A DNA stretch of 45,648 bases from Candidatus Kaiserbacteria bacterium (GCA_016182485.1 JACPGH010000005.1:130305-175952), one strand, 5' to 3'. Positions 24,811 to 32,647 are shown, counted from the first letter of the stretch. Notes: generated by a model not told the origin, from the letters alone. A program made the numbers and translations.

Positions 24811-25757
24811 AATTTGTCTTTGTGATCCTAACATTGTTATTCCTAGGCGGAATAGGTTTTTCCTTTTATATAAGCAAGATGAAAACCCAGAACTTTTCTA
24901 GAGAAATTGCAGGCATGGAGAGGAAATCTTTTTGCCTTGGGCGCTTTCTTGTGGACATTCCGGCCAATGCCAGCTTGGCAAGTCAAAGTCAAACCATTGC
25001 CAATCTTAAAGTAGAAGTTGAGAAAAATGAGCCAAAAAAGACCGTTGAAGAGATAATACAGGCAATGACCTTAGAGATTTCTAAATTACCCGCGCCGGCC
25101 GATGAAAGTGCGACAATTATTAATTCAATATCGCTTGGAGATGAGGCCTGGGGAATTGTATTTCATGATTCGACTGAAGTTCTTGAATCAATTAAGTTGC
25201 GCGGCGTTCGGCTAGTTGGAGATAAGCTATTTCGAATTACAGCAGGCGCAGAGATAGATCAGGCGGATGAACTTATACGGTTGGCAAGATCTATCGCTTC
25301 AGCGATTAGCTTATCGAAAAATCCATTACAGCCAACTTTTTGCTTACAAGAAGGTTTTTTAAATCTTCCATTTGAATATCAAGAATCCGTAGAAGCCGCG
25401 TTTGACTTTGAAGACAGTTCTAAACTAACTATCGAAACCAGGAGTATTGGCAGGGAAACCCCGGTTAGTCTGGGAGCGGAAGCGAAAGAAACTTTGGCAA
25501 ATCTAGGGGCTAATGGAGTAAAGCCTGCGTTACTGCGCTCCGGAATGAGAAAAATTGCCGATATGTCAGGAGAAGAGCTTCTAATTGAGACGGCCGACGA
25601 GAGGAGTGCTTTGTTTCAGTGGAGATTTATTGGCGATCCTAAATCCGGTGAGCGCCCTTATATACAGATAACAGTCGATGCGAACGACGTGACAAACGCT
25701 AAGAAATTGATAACGATATGGGATTTGGTCCTTGACTCTTTGCGCCGTAATTTATGA
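24807..25757 (+). CDS. Island protein P2: signal-anchored protein resembling the Tli4-type T6SS immunity family
   Basis: MKFVFVILTLLFLGG anchor, then FCLGRFLVDIPANASL, which matches my memory of the C(V/I)GR(F/Y)L(I/V)D(L/I)P signature of Tli4 N-domains. ATGA overlap with P1. Confidence 0.6.
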   Translation: MKFVFVILTLLFLGGIGFSFYISKMKTQNFSREIAGMERKSFCLGRFLVDIPANASLASQSQTIANLKVEVEKNEPKKTVEEIIQAMTLEISKLPAPADESATIINSISLGDEAWGIVFHDSTEVLESIKLRGVRLVGDKLFRITAGAEIDQADELIRLARSIASAISLSKNPLQPTFCLQEGFLNLPFEYQESVEAAFDFEDSSKLTIETRSIGRETPVSLGAEAKETLANLGANGVKPALLRSGMRKIADMSGEELLIETADERSALFQWRFIGDPKSGERPYIQITVDANDVTNAKKLITIWDLVLDSLRRNL

Positions 25758-25912
25758 AATTTCGCATCTTTACCGTAATTACCATAATTTTCATAACCGG
25801 GGGCGTGGCGTTTTTCCCGCCCGTTCGCGCCCATCATTATAGAATAATTGAACGCAAGATGCCTGTAAACCGATATAATAAAAATGATGAAAACAAATCA
25901 AATTCTGCCTAG
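25754..25912 (+). pseudogene. Recombination scar / gene remnant (52-codon ORF)
   Basis: Family-type anchor MKFRIFTVITIIFITGGVAFF fused to a 47-bp copy (25826..25872) of the P6-end/P7-start junction (29184..29230, 4 mismatches), including MPVNR. Confidence 0.55.
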
Positions 25913-25946
25913 TTCGAACGAAAAAACAAGTAAAAAATATCTAGTA

Positions 25947-26855
25947 ATGGGTTCTTTTATGACATCGGGACTCCTGCTTCTCGGCGCAATTCTGGCAATC
26001 TTCATCGCAGGCACTCTTGGGTTTATGTACCGCCAACAAATTATGTCTCTTTTAACCAAAAATACCGCACCTGAAATAGTCGAAGTCCGCGACTTCCAAT
26101 GCGACGGTATGGAAGGGTTCACCTTCAAGTACCCGGTGTTTAAGGGGTGGGAGGCGAGTGAGAAAGTGGAATGCATAGATTCTGCCTCAGCCCGGTCCAA
26201 TTTATTTGAAGTTCATATAATAAAAGGAAAAGATTGGGATTTCGAGACCTTGGAGAATCCATCGGGGATTGTATACGGCCGAGTATATTCATCAGAGGAG
26301 GAATCAGCCATTTTTTTGGGAAAAGAAAGCGACGTCATTGTAACACTTAAGAATGCGGATAATCCCGAAAAGAGTTTCTCAAAAGACCTTTTCTGGCAGC
26401 AAGTGATTGAGAGTTTCAAGATCGTTGAAGTTTCTCAAGCTGTCAAATTTGCCGGTTCATGGATGTGGAGTGAGGAGGCATGGGGGCAGGATGTAGACAA
26501 ACTGCAGCCTTTTTTAGCAAGCGAGCAATTTAGTCTGGATCTGGAGGTTACTGGCAATAATATATCGGGTTCTCATTGCTGGAGTAAATCTTATTCCGTG
26601 GGAGAAAAAACGGAAACGCAAAAAGATTGTGGCGATCAAGAAAAGATTCCCAGTATCACTGGTAAGATTAACGGTTCGACCGCGGATGTGAGTTTTTCCA
26701 GTTATACGGACGGGACAACATACTTGGCAAGATTGGAATATGATTCCGCCTCCGATTCGCTCAGGTGGCAAATTACCGGCTACCCTAAAAAAATAAGCCA
26801 ATCTGGATTTCCCGCCGAAGTCTCGCTTCGGCGGAAACTAGGAACGCCTCTCTAA
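25947..26855 (+). CDS. Island protein P3: mosaic-family paralog of P1
   Basis: Nt 25986..26150 are about 94% identical to P1 nt 23854..24018. Boxes RDFQCDGMEGFTFKYPVFKGW and FWQQVIESFKIV are present. Start uncertain (ORF opens at 25884; ATGs at 25947 and 25959). Confidence 0.7.
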   Translation: MGSFMTSGLLLLGAILAIFIAGTLGFMYRQQIMSLLTKNTAPEIVEVRDFQCDGMEGFTFKYPVFKGWEASEKVECIDSASARSNLFEVHIIKGKDWDFETLENPSGIVYGRVYSSEEESAIFLGKESDVIVTLKNADNPEKSFSKDLFWQQVIESFKIVEVSQAVKFAGSWMWSEEAWGQDVDKLQPFLASEQFSLDLEVTGNNISGSHCWSKSYSVGEKTETQKDCGDQEKIPSITGKINGSTADVSFSSYTDGTTYLARLEYDSASDSLRWQITGYPKKISQSGFPAEVSLRRKLGTPL

Positions 26856-26856
26856 T

Positions 26857-27732
26857 ATGAAATTCTACATCCTTGCAATAGCTCTGATTCTTACCGCCCT
26901 CACCTTTTTCTACCGCCTAGAAATCATGTCTATGTTCTCTAAATCTACTGAACCGGAAATAGCTGAAACCCGCGACTTCCAATGCGAAGGGATGGAAGGG
27001 TTCACCTTCAAATACCCGGTGTTTAAAGGGTGGGAGGTATCTTTAATTAGGAATATTAGCGAAGTATGGGATATAGATGTTTTTAAAAACAAGAAGGGAA
27101 TGAATTCTGGTCCGGAAAAGTGCGAAATTTTACTTAGCGGTGCCAGTTTAAACCGTCCGGAGAAAGTTAAAGAAGAATTTCAGCCCCGCATTCTTGTGCA
27201 ACAAGATCAGCCTCACGTGGCGATAAGCGAGAATCCTCACGGAATAAGATACGAAAAGCTTTCGGAGGATAAATATTTTTTCAATCTATCAAGTTACGCA
27301 GTTAACATCGAGTTATTAAACATTAACGAAAAGTACAGCTTCCCCAAAGAGATCTTTTGGCAGCAGGTGATAGAGAGTTTCAAAATTGTCGATTCGAATG
27401 AAAGGAATACTTCAATCAGGCTAGAAGATGAATTGTTGGATACTGCTTGGGTTCAGTTAGATCACGATGGGAATGAAACAGGTTTCGAAATAAATTTCCG
27501 AAAAACAAAAAACAACGATCCTTCTCATAATTTCTATGATTATCAAGATTATCTTCATCAAAGACCGGGCGTGAGCGGATACTGGAGGGTTGATGAGAGT
27601 ACCGTTACGGTTACCCCATATCCTTCAAATATGCCTCCTGTGATATATACGAACGTGATTATTGCGGGGGATATATTAAATGTGACCGATTCGCTTGATG
27701 GTGCTAAAGTTAAATTTAAGAAAATACGGTAG
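26857..27732 (+). CDS. Island protein P4: mosaic-family paralog with a distinct C-terminal extension
   Basis: MKFYILAIALILTAL anchor, PEIAETRDFQCEGMEGFTFKYPVFKGW, FWQQVIESFKIV. The core and C-terminus are unrelated to P1 by eye. Confidence 0.7.
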   Translation: MKFYILAIALILTALTFFYRLEIMSMFSKSTEPEIAETRDFQCEGMEGFTFKYPVFKGWEVSLIRNISEVWDIDVFKNKKGMNSGPEKCEILLSGASLNRPEKVKEEFQPRILVQQDQPHVAISENPHGIRYEKLSEDKYFFNLSSYAVNIELLNINEKYSFPKEIFWQQVIESFKIVDSNERNTSIRLEDELLDTAWVQLDHDGNETGFEINFRKTKNNDPSHNFYDYQDYLHQRPGVSGYWRVDESTVTVTPYPSNMPPVIYTNVIIAGDILNVTDSLDGAKVKFKKIR

Positions 27733-27749
27733 CGCTTAACTATATTCGA

Positions 27750-28634
27750 ATGAAATACCCTCTCCTCGCAATTCTGATAATCCTAATCCTTGGCGGCGTT
27801 GTCTTTTTCTATCAAGGGAAGTTCATGCCTTCCTTTTCGAGTGAATCGCATGTCGTTTCTCAAGTTGTATTTGGGGAAGAAGCAAGAAAGTCATTTACAT
27901 ACAAGGGTATGCAAATTCATCCTTTTTGCCTGGACTTCATGAGGAATGGAAATGAGTCCGGTATCAATGATAAAGAGTTCCAAATCAATCTAGATGTATG
28001 TTCAGCGACTACGAGCCTCGTTGAGGAAAATCAAGGCAGTCTGCATGCCGAGTATCCGCCGTCTGAGGGATTATTCGGAGGAGATTCAAATTATAAAGTC
28101 TTGGCCCAAAAGGAAAGAGAATTTTTGGTGAAGATGACCACAAACGGAGGTGGAACCGGATTTTTTGATAGTATCGGATGGGTAAGCGTGGAGGGAAATG
28201 AAATTCGCATGAGAAGAGAAGTTGGAGTAGGTGATCGGTGTAACGGAGGATTTACGGAAAACGTCAATTCGGAGACCGGGAACTTGGAAATCAGCGTGAA
28301 TGTTACCCCTGCGGATATTATTGAACTAGCCGCTAGCAGTACAATCAAGGCGTATGAGGACTTAGAGGCGAGCGCGAATAGCTGTTTTGGAACTGCTAAT
28401 TATTTATATAATATCAAGGATGAAGAATTAACATTCGATTTCGTTGACCTGGGATCAGGAGAAGGTATGCCTCAAATAGCCGACGAAAATTCAGCATGGA
28501 CTAATGGATACGCGTATCAGCCTTGTTTCAATAGATTGTTCAACTCTTACATTTCATCCGGAAAAACCAATTTTAAGATTGAGGAGCTGCGTGAGTTTGG
28601 AGAGAAATTTTTATCAACTTGCGTGAAAGAATAA
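27750..28634 (+). CDS. Island protein P5: signal-anchored hypothetical protein (different ectodomain)
   Basis: MKYPLLAILIILILGG anchor. Cys-containing ectodomain (..GGGTGFFDSIGW..GDRCNGGF..). No family recognised. Confidence 0.6.
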   Translation: MKYPLLAILIILILGGVVFFYQGKFMPSFSSESHVVSQVVFGEEARKSFTYKGMQIHPFCLDFMRNGNESGINDKEFQINLDVCSATTSLVEENQGSLHAEYPPSEGLFGGDSNYKVLAQKEREFLVKMTTNGGGTGFFDSIGWVSVEGNEIRMRREVGVGDRCNGGFTENVNSETGNLEISVNVTPADIIELAASSTIKAYEDLEASANSCFGTANYLYNIKDEELTFDFVDLGSGEGMPQIADENSAWTNGYAYQPCFNRLFNSYISSGKTNFKIEELREFGEKFLSTCVKE

Positions 28635-28635
28635 G

Positions 28636-29205
28636 ATGAAATATTTTATTTTATTTGTCGTGATCATGCTTGGCGGTACAGCTTATTTCTATCGCCAAGA
28701 AATTATGAATATGTTTTCAAAAACCGAGCCTCAAATTCTCGAAACCCGCGACTTCGAGTGCGACGGCATGGAAGGGTTCACGTTCAAATACCCGGTATTC
28801 AGAGGGTGGACCTTTGAAGATCCTAGAGCAGCCGCGGATGGAACTTGTTACATTGATATTAGAAGCAATGATGAGCCGTTTTCCGCCCTTGTAAGATATA
28901 TAAAAATCAGTGCTCAAATTATGCGCAACAGCGCGGACACTAATATAAGTATATCTCCGCCATTCATTCCAACGGATAATGCCAAACTCAATCCGCAAAA
29001 AGTTATATATGACAGAGGAAGAAGCGATACAGAAAATGGGACTACCTCTACATATTTTTATGACGGCTCGGAAGGAGATATTTTTATGGTTACAATTGAG
29101 CTTTTAGCCCATGGAAACTTCCCTGAAGACACGTTTTGGCAGGAAGTGATCGAAAGTTTTAAATTAATTAGCGATAAGAAGGGCGCGCCCATCATTATGG
29201 AATAA
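28636..29205 (+). CDS. Island protein P6: minimal mosaic-family member (family module only)
   Basis: MKYFILFVVIMLGG anchor, ETRDFECDGMEGFTFKYPVFRGW, FWQEVIESFKLI. Its core aligns with the P1 core (PPF/LxPT..A...V.YD..R.D). Confidence 0.7.
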   Translation: MKYFILFVVIMLGGTAYFYRQEIMNMFSKTEPQILETRDFECDGMEGFTFKYPVFRGWTFEDPRAAADGTCYIDIRSNDEPFSALVRYIKISAQIMRNSADTNISISPPFIPTDNAKLNPQKVIYDRGRSDTENGTTSTYFYDGSEGDIFMVTIELLAHGNFPEDTFWQEVIESFKLISDKKGAPIIME

Positions 29206-29216
29206 TCGAATGCAAG

Positions 29217-30698
29217 ATGCCTGTAAACCGTAAAAATTTAACAATCGGCTTTCTACTTCCGCTAGCGCTGTATCTGCTTGGCGTGCTTGTTGAACTTTTG
29301 TTTTATTATTTCCATTATCGAAGCGGATTTATTCCTGATACAGTCTACATAAGCATTCCATTTTCTTATTTTCATAATTTTCTGATCGCGTATGCCGTCC
29401 TTTTCGGCGTTTCGTCCTTCTTTTTAAGAAGTAATTTATGGCGGGTTGGGCTTTCCATTTTCATACCGATCTTTCTCTGGGGAGCGTTTGCTGCTTTTGA
29501 TTATATTAGTCCGCCTCGATCTTTCGGCATTCCTCTTTCTTTGGTCATCGGCACTTTTCCTTCTATTGAAATAAGCAGGGTAGTTGAAGAACTTGCATTA
29601 AGTCAGATTTCTAAGACAGGGCCCGATCTTGTTAAGTCCGATCTTTTATCCCTTATCAATGATGAAAAATTGGACGTGGACCCTAGTCAAGTAATCTTGG
29701 ATAAAGAAGGGAAAATATTGCTTGTGGCTAGTGTGACAAATCCCCGAATTTCATCGGTTATCAAAATCACTCGTTTAAATTCCGATGGGAGCCTTGACGC
29801 GTCTTTTGGCGGAAACACTAAATATTTATCACTTGACGGCAGAATATTTTTTGGAGACGCGGAAAATTTCTTTCTTTTGCAACGTAAAGCGTGGCTGCAA
29901 AAGTCCGTTATATCTTATGAAAACGCCGAAATTGTCAAAGCGTCTAATTTTGAAGAACCCTCAGAGATAATTTTAAACGAGGAAACCGCTCTTATCGAAG
30001 CGGATGGGCGTTTATTCGCGGCGGGAGTCGTTGGGAAAATAGACGAGAAACAGGGTTTTATTAGCTCGCACGGCAGCATCTTAGAAATGCTTGAAGACCC
30101 GCCTTTTTATCGAGTTTTAGTAAATACGGAGTCCGTGTTTAGTTCCGCCGAGTTTCGCGACCGGAGCATCAAGCAGTTCCGCATGCTTCCCGATGGAGAA
30201 ATCCTCGTTCTTTTTTTCCTCGACAGACTTACGGAGGAGCGCGGGTGGAATTTTGGTTCAGGAATCGCGAAATTCGATGCCAGCGGAAAATTAGTTGCGG
30301 AATATGTTCACGGTAATTCTTTTGGCGGCGATTCACTGCTTCGGAAAATTAATTTCGATAGTTTCGTGACCGCAGACGGAGCGGTTTCTGACGCATATGG
30401 TACTCGAATTTTCGAACCATCTTTTTGGATTGACCGCGAAGGAGGGATTATTTCTACGGCCCGCATTGCAGATCCGATCCGCAAAACCCATCTAGTTCGA
30501 ATTATGCCAGAAGGGGAATTTGATGCGGAATTCTCGAAAAACGCGCGCGTCGCTTTCCCCTTTGATATCTCAACATTTTCTATCACGCAAGCTGATGAAA
30601 TCCTCCTGGTTGGAACTGATAAAAATAAAAAACCATCGCTACAAATACGAATTTTAGAGCCAAATGGTAAATTAAAACGAGTAATTATCGGTAATTGA
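29217..30698 (+). CDS. Island protein P7: polytopic membrane protein with delta-60-repeat-like motifs (possible beta-propeller)
   Basis: About 4 predicted N-terminal TM helices. Repeated motifs LNSDGSLDASFGGN, FDASGKLVAEY, IMPEGEFDAEFSKN and LEPNGKLKRVI resemble the delta-60 repeat (..dG.lD.sFg..G). Confidence 0.6.
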   Translation: MPVNRKNLTIGFLLPLALYLLGVLVELLFYYFHYRSGFIPDTVYISIPFSYFHNFLIAYAVLFGVSSFFLRSNLWRVGLSIFIPIFLWGAFAAFDYISPPRSFGIPLSLVIGTFPSIEISRVVEELALSQISKTGPDLVKSDLLSLINDEKLDVDPSQVILDKEGKILLVASVTNPRISSVIKITRLNSDGSLDASFGGNTKYLSLDGRIFFGDAENFFLLQRKAWLQKSVISYENAEIVKASNFEEPSEIILNEETALIEADGRLFAAGVVGKIDEKQGFISSHGSILEMLEDPPFYRVLVNTESVFSSAEFRDRSIKQFRMLPDGEILVLFFLDRLTEERGWNFGSGIAKFDASGKLVAEYVHGNSFGGDSLLRKINFDSFVTADGAVSDAYGTRIFEPSFWIDREGGIISTARIADPIRKTHLVRIMPEGEFDAEFSKNARVAFPFDISTFSITQADEILLVGTDKNKKPSLQIRILEPNGKLKRVIIGN

Positions 30699-30709
30699 TG
30701 AATGATAAT

Positions 30710-31192
30710 ATGAAATACTCTCTCCTTGCGATTTTACTGATTCTCATCTTTGGCGTTGCCGCTTTTCTCTATCGCGGAAAACTTCCATCCCCTTTCCTTG
30801 AGACTTCTGGGCCCGACAGTTTCAGGATAGTTCCTACTGCGGAAAGTTGGCTGGGAACGTACACTTTTTACGAATTTGCCGAACCGAATCGAGCTTGGAC
30901 TTACGATTTGAGCGTTAAGCAAGAGGGAAGTGCTATTGTGGCCGATTTGGATATTGATGGGTTTCAAACTATAATAAGAATCAGAGCGAAGCCGGTAATA
31001 AACGCGAATGGCGATCTGGACTTGATTTTTGATTCTTACCGACCGGAGCACTCTCTCACGCGGTACGCGATTGGCGATCTTCTTTTTACCCTATCCAAAC
31101 TGGATACCGCCGGAAAATACAGTGTTCGCTGGGGTAAGCTCAAGGCCAATATAAAAGCCAGTCATTATGAATTCGCAGGTCCGTTAAAATAG
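30710..31192 (+). CDS. Island protein P8: signal-anchored small beta-rich protein (hypothetical)
   Basis: MKYSLLAILLILIFG anchor (the ORF track opens at 30695). The WLGTYTFYEF...IDGFQT...LFTLSK...VRWGKL pattern is loosely similar to the C-terminal modules of P1 and P3. Confidence 0.6.
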   Translation: MKYSLLAILLILIFGVAAFLYRGKLPSPFLETSGPDSFRIVPTAESWLGTYTFYEFAEPNRAWTYDLSVKQEGSAIVADLDIDGFQTIIRIRAKPVINANGDLDLIFDSYRPEHSLTRYAIGDLLFTLSKLDTAGKYSVRWGKLKANIKASHYEFAGPLK

Positions 31193-31297
31193 CAATATGC
31201 AGGCGCGGTCTGCCGGGAGGACTTTGTTGACAAGCGCGCCGCGGGGATGGCGAATTTCTCCTAACTGCAACGCGGCTATTGGCATTGGTGCGGAGGC

Positions 31298-31777
31298 ATG
31301 GTAATGTACGCGAGCATGGAAAAGGTCATCACGCCGGTCAACGCCGAAGGGCGCGCGAAGCTCGGGGTACGGGCTGGCGATACCGTGCGCGTCATCCAGA
31401 ACATCATCGAGCTCAAGCGCGGCCGCGGTACCGACAAGAAAGAGAAGACGACAAAGAGCGCCCGCCAGCAAGTTTTCGAAGGGCTAGTGCTCGCCGTGAA
31501 GCACGGTACAGAGGCTGGAGCCACCTTTACAGTCCGTGCGGTTCTCTCGGGCAATATAGGCGTCGAGAAGACCTTCCCGCTCTATTCTCCCGCCATCGCC
31601 TCGATCGAGATCGTGAAGCGCTCGGACGTCCGCCGCGCCAAGCTCTATTTCATCCGCAATAAGGCGACAAAGGAGGTGCGCCGCCAGCTGCGCAATGCGC
31701 GGCTCATGCATCTCGAGAGTGACGAGTCAGTCGCTCCGGCTGAGGCGGTTTCTCCGGAGGCCGAAGTTGCGGCGTAG
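31298..31777 (+). CDS. rplS: 50S ribosomal protein L19
   Basis: FEGLVLAVKHG..TFTVRAV..IGVEKTFPLYSP.I..IEIV..SDVRRAKLYFIR. Contains a Lys-rich insertion and a C-terminal tail. Start ambiguous (ATG 31298, 31304 or 31316). Confidence 0.85.
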   Translation: MVMYASMEKVITPVNAEGRAKLGVRAGDTVRVIQNIIELKRGRGTDKKEKTTKSARQQVFEGLVLAVKHGTEAGATFTVRAVLSGNIGVEKTFPLYSPAIASIEIVKRSDVRRAKLYFIRNKATKEVRRQLRNARLMHLESDESVAPAEAVSPEAEVAA

Positions 31778-31845
31778 CGCCGCGTTTGTCCACATCTGCG
31801 GGTATTTTCTCAAAAGTAAACTGGTAGACGCAATATACTTGAGCG

Positions 31846-32514
31846 ATGGGTAAACGTGGGCCGAAGCCAAAAAGGGGGGAAGTGGTATGGTCACCGGAGC
31901 TGGCATATGCAGTTGGACTTATTGCAACGGACGGCAGTCTTTCTAAAACAGGGCGCCATATCAATCTTACGTCGAAGGATCGTTCTCAATTAAAGACGTT
32001 TTTGAGGTGTATTGATAGAGAAAAAGTACGCATTACTAAAAAACGAGGTTTTTATCGCAAATGGATTACTCATGTTCAAGTAGGCGATGTTGTTCTCTAC
32101 CGTTTTTTGCTCTCAATCGGGCTCGCACCGAACAAAACAAAAACAATCGGAATTCTTGATGTTCCAGATAGATATATTTTTGATTTCTTACGCGGACACC
32201 ACGATGGAGACGGGTGTTTTTATAGTTATTTTGATCCGCGATGGAAGAAGAGCTTCGTATTTTATCTAGTGTTTGTTTCCGCCAGTGCGAACCATATATA
32301 CTGGATACGCCAATTATTAGAGCGATTGCTCGGCGTAAGAGGGCACATTACAACTGCGAAAAGCAATTGCGTTCTCCAGTTAAAATATGGGAAACGAGAA
32401 GCGCTTCAGATTCTTAAGAAGTTATATGCTGATTCTAAAGCGCCTTGTCTTGCTAGAAAGAGATTGAAAATAGAGCGCGCATTACGTATAGTAGGAGAAT
32501 CGTTACCAAACTGA
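31846..32514 (+). CDS. LAGLIDADG family homing endonuclease (paralog of 20132..20851)
   Basis: LAYAVGLIATDGSLS and FLRGHHDGDGC motifs. Alignable along its full length with the other copy. AT-rich. TATACT lies 6 nt upstream of the ATG. Confidence 0.85.
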   Translation: MGKRGPKPKRGEVVWSPELAYAVGLIATDGSLSKTGRHINLTSKDRSQLKTFLRCIDREKVRITKKRGFYRKWITHVQVGDVVLYRFLLSIGLAPNKTKTIGILDVPDRYIFDFLRGHHDGDGCFYSYFDPRWKKSFVFYLVFVSASANHIYWIRQLLERLLGVRGHITTAKSNCVLQLKYGKREALQILKKLYADSKAPCLARKRLKIERALRIVGESLPN

Positions 32515-32533
32515 CGATGTATCGATAAATAAT

Positions 32534-32617
32534 GCCCGGGTGTTGAAATCGGTAGACATTACGCCTTGAGGTGGCGTAGCCCGAAAGGGCGTGGAGGTTC
32601 GAGTCCTCTCCCGGGCA
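32534..32617 (+). tRNA. tRNA-Leu (anticodon GAG)
   Basis: Hand-folded: acceptor GCCCGGG/CCCGGGC, anticodon loop UUGAGGU, long variable arm, T-arm GGAGGTTCGAGTCCTCT. Confidence 0.9.
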
Positions 32618-32618
32618 C

Positions 32619-32647
32619 TTGCATTTTTTGGATAGGTATGGCATAAT
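32619..32647 (+). promoter_or_regulatory. Sigma70-like promoter for the small membrane-protein gene
   Basis: TTGCAT (32619..32624), 17-nt spacer, CATAAT (32642..32647). An aaaggag SD lies 8 nt before ATG 32705. Confidence 0.5.

Noticed and set aside
23826-28998. A 'conserved family' of antisense ORFs in the island (23826..24137, 25898..26200, 26910..27092, 28717..28998), all containing HPLNTGYLKVNPSIPSHWKSR
   Set aside because: The conservation is a by-product of the conserved sense-strand box (RDFQCEGMEGFTFKYPVFKGW) at nucleotide level. The antisense ORFs lose similarity outside the box and lack start-site context.
23836-31192. Whether the island's repeated boxes are a CRISPR array, or the variable cores come from a diversity-generating retroelement
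   Set aside because: The repeats lie in coding sequence about 1-2 kb apart with variable spacing, so this is not CRISPR. No reverse transcriptase or template repeat is present, and the differences between paralogs are not restricted to adenine-templated positions, so this is not a DGR.
23777-31297. Island as a prophage or integrative conjugative element
   Set aside because: There are no integrase, capsid, terminase or conjugation genes, no flanking direct repeats and no tRNA at the borders. The LAGLIDADG/tRNA-Leu pair lies beyond rplS and does not delimit the island.
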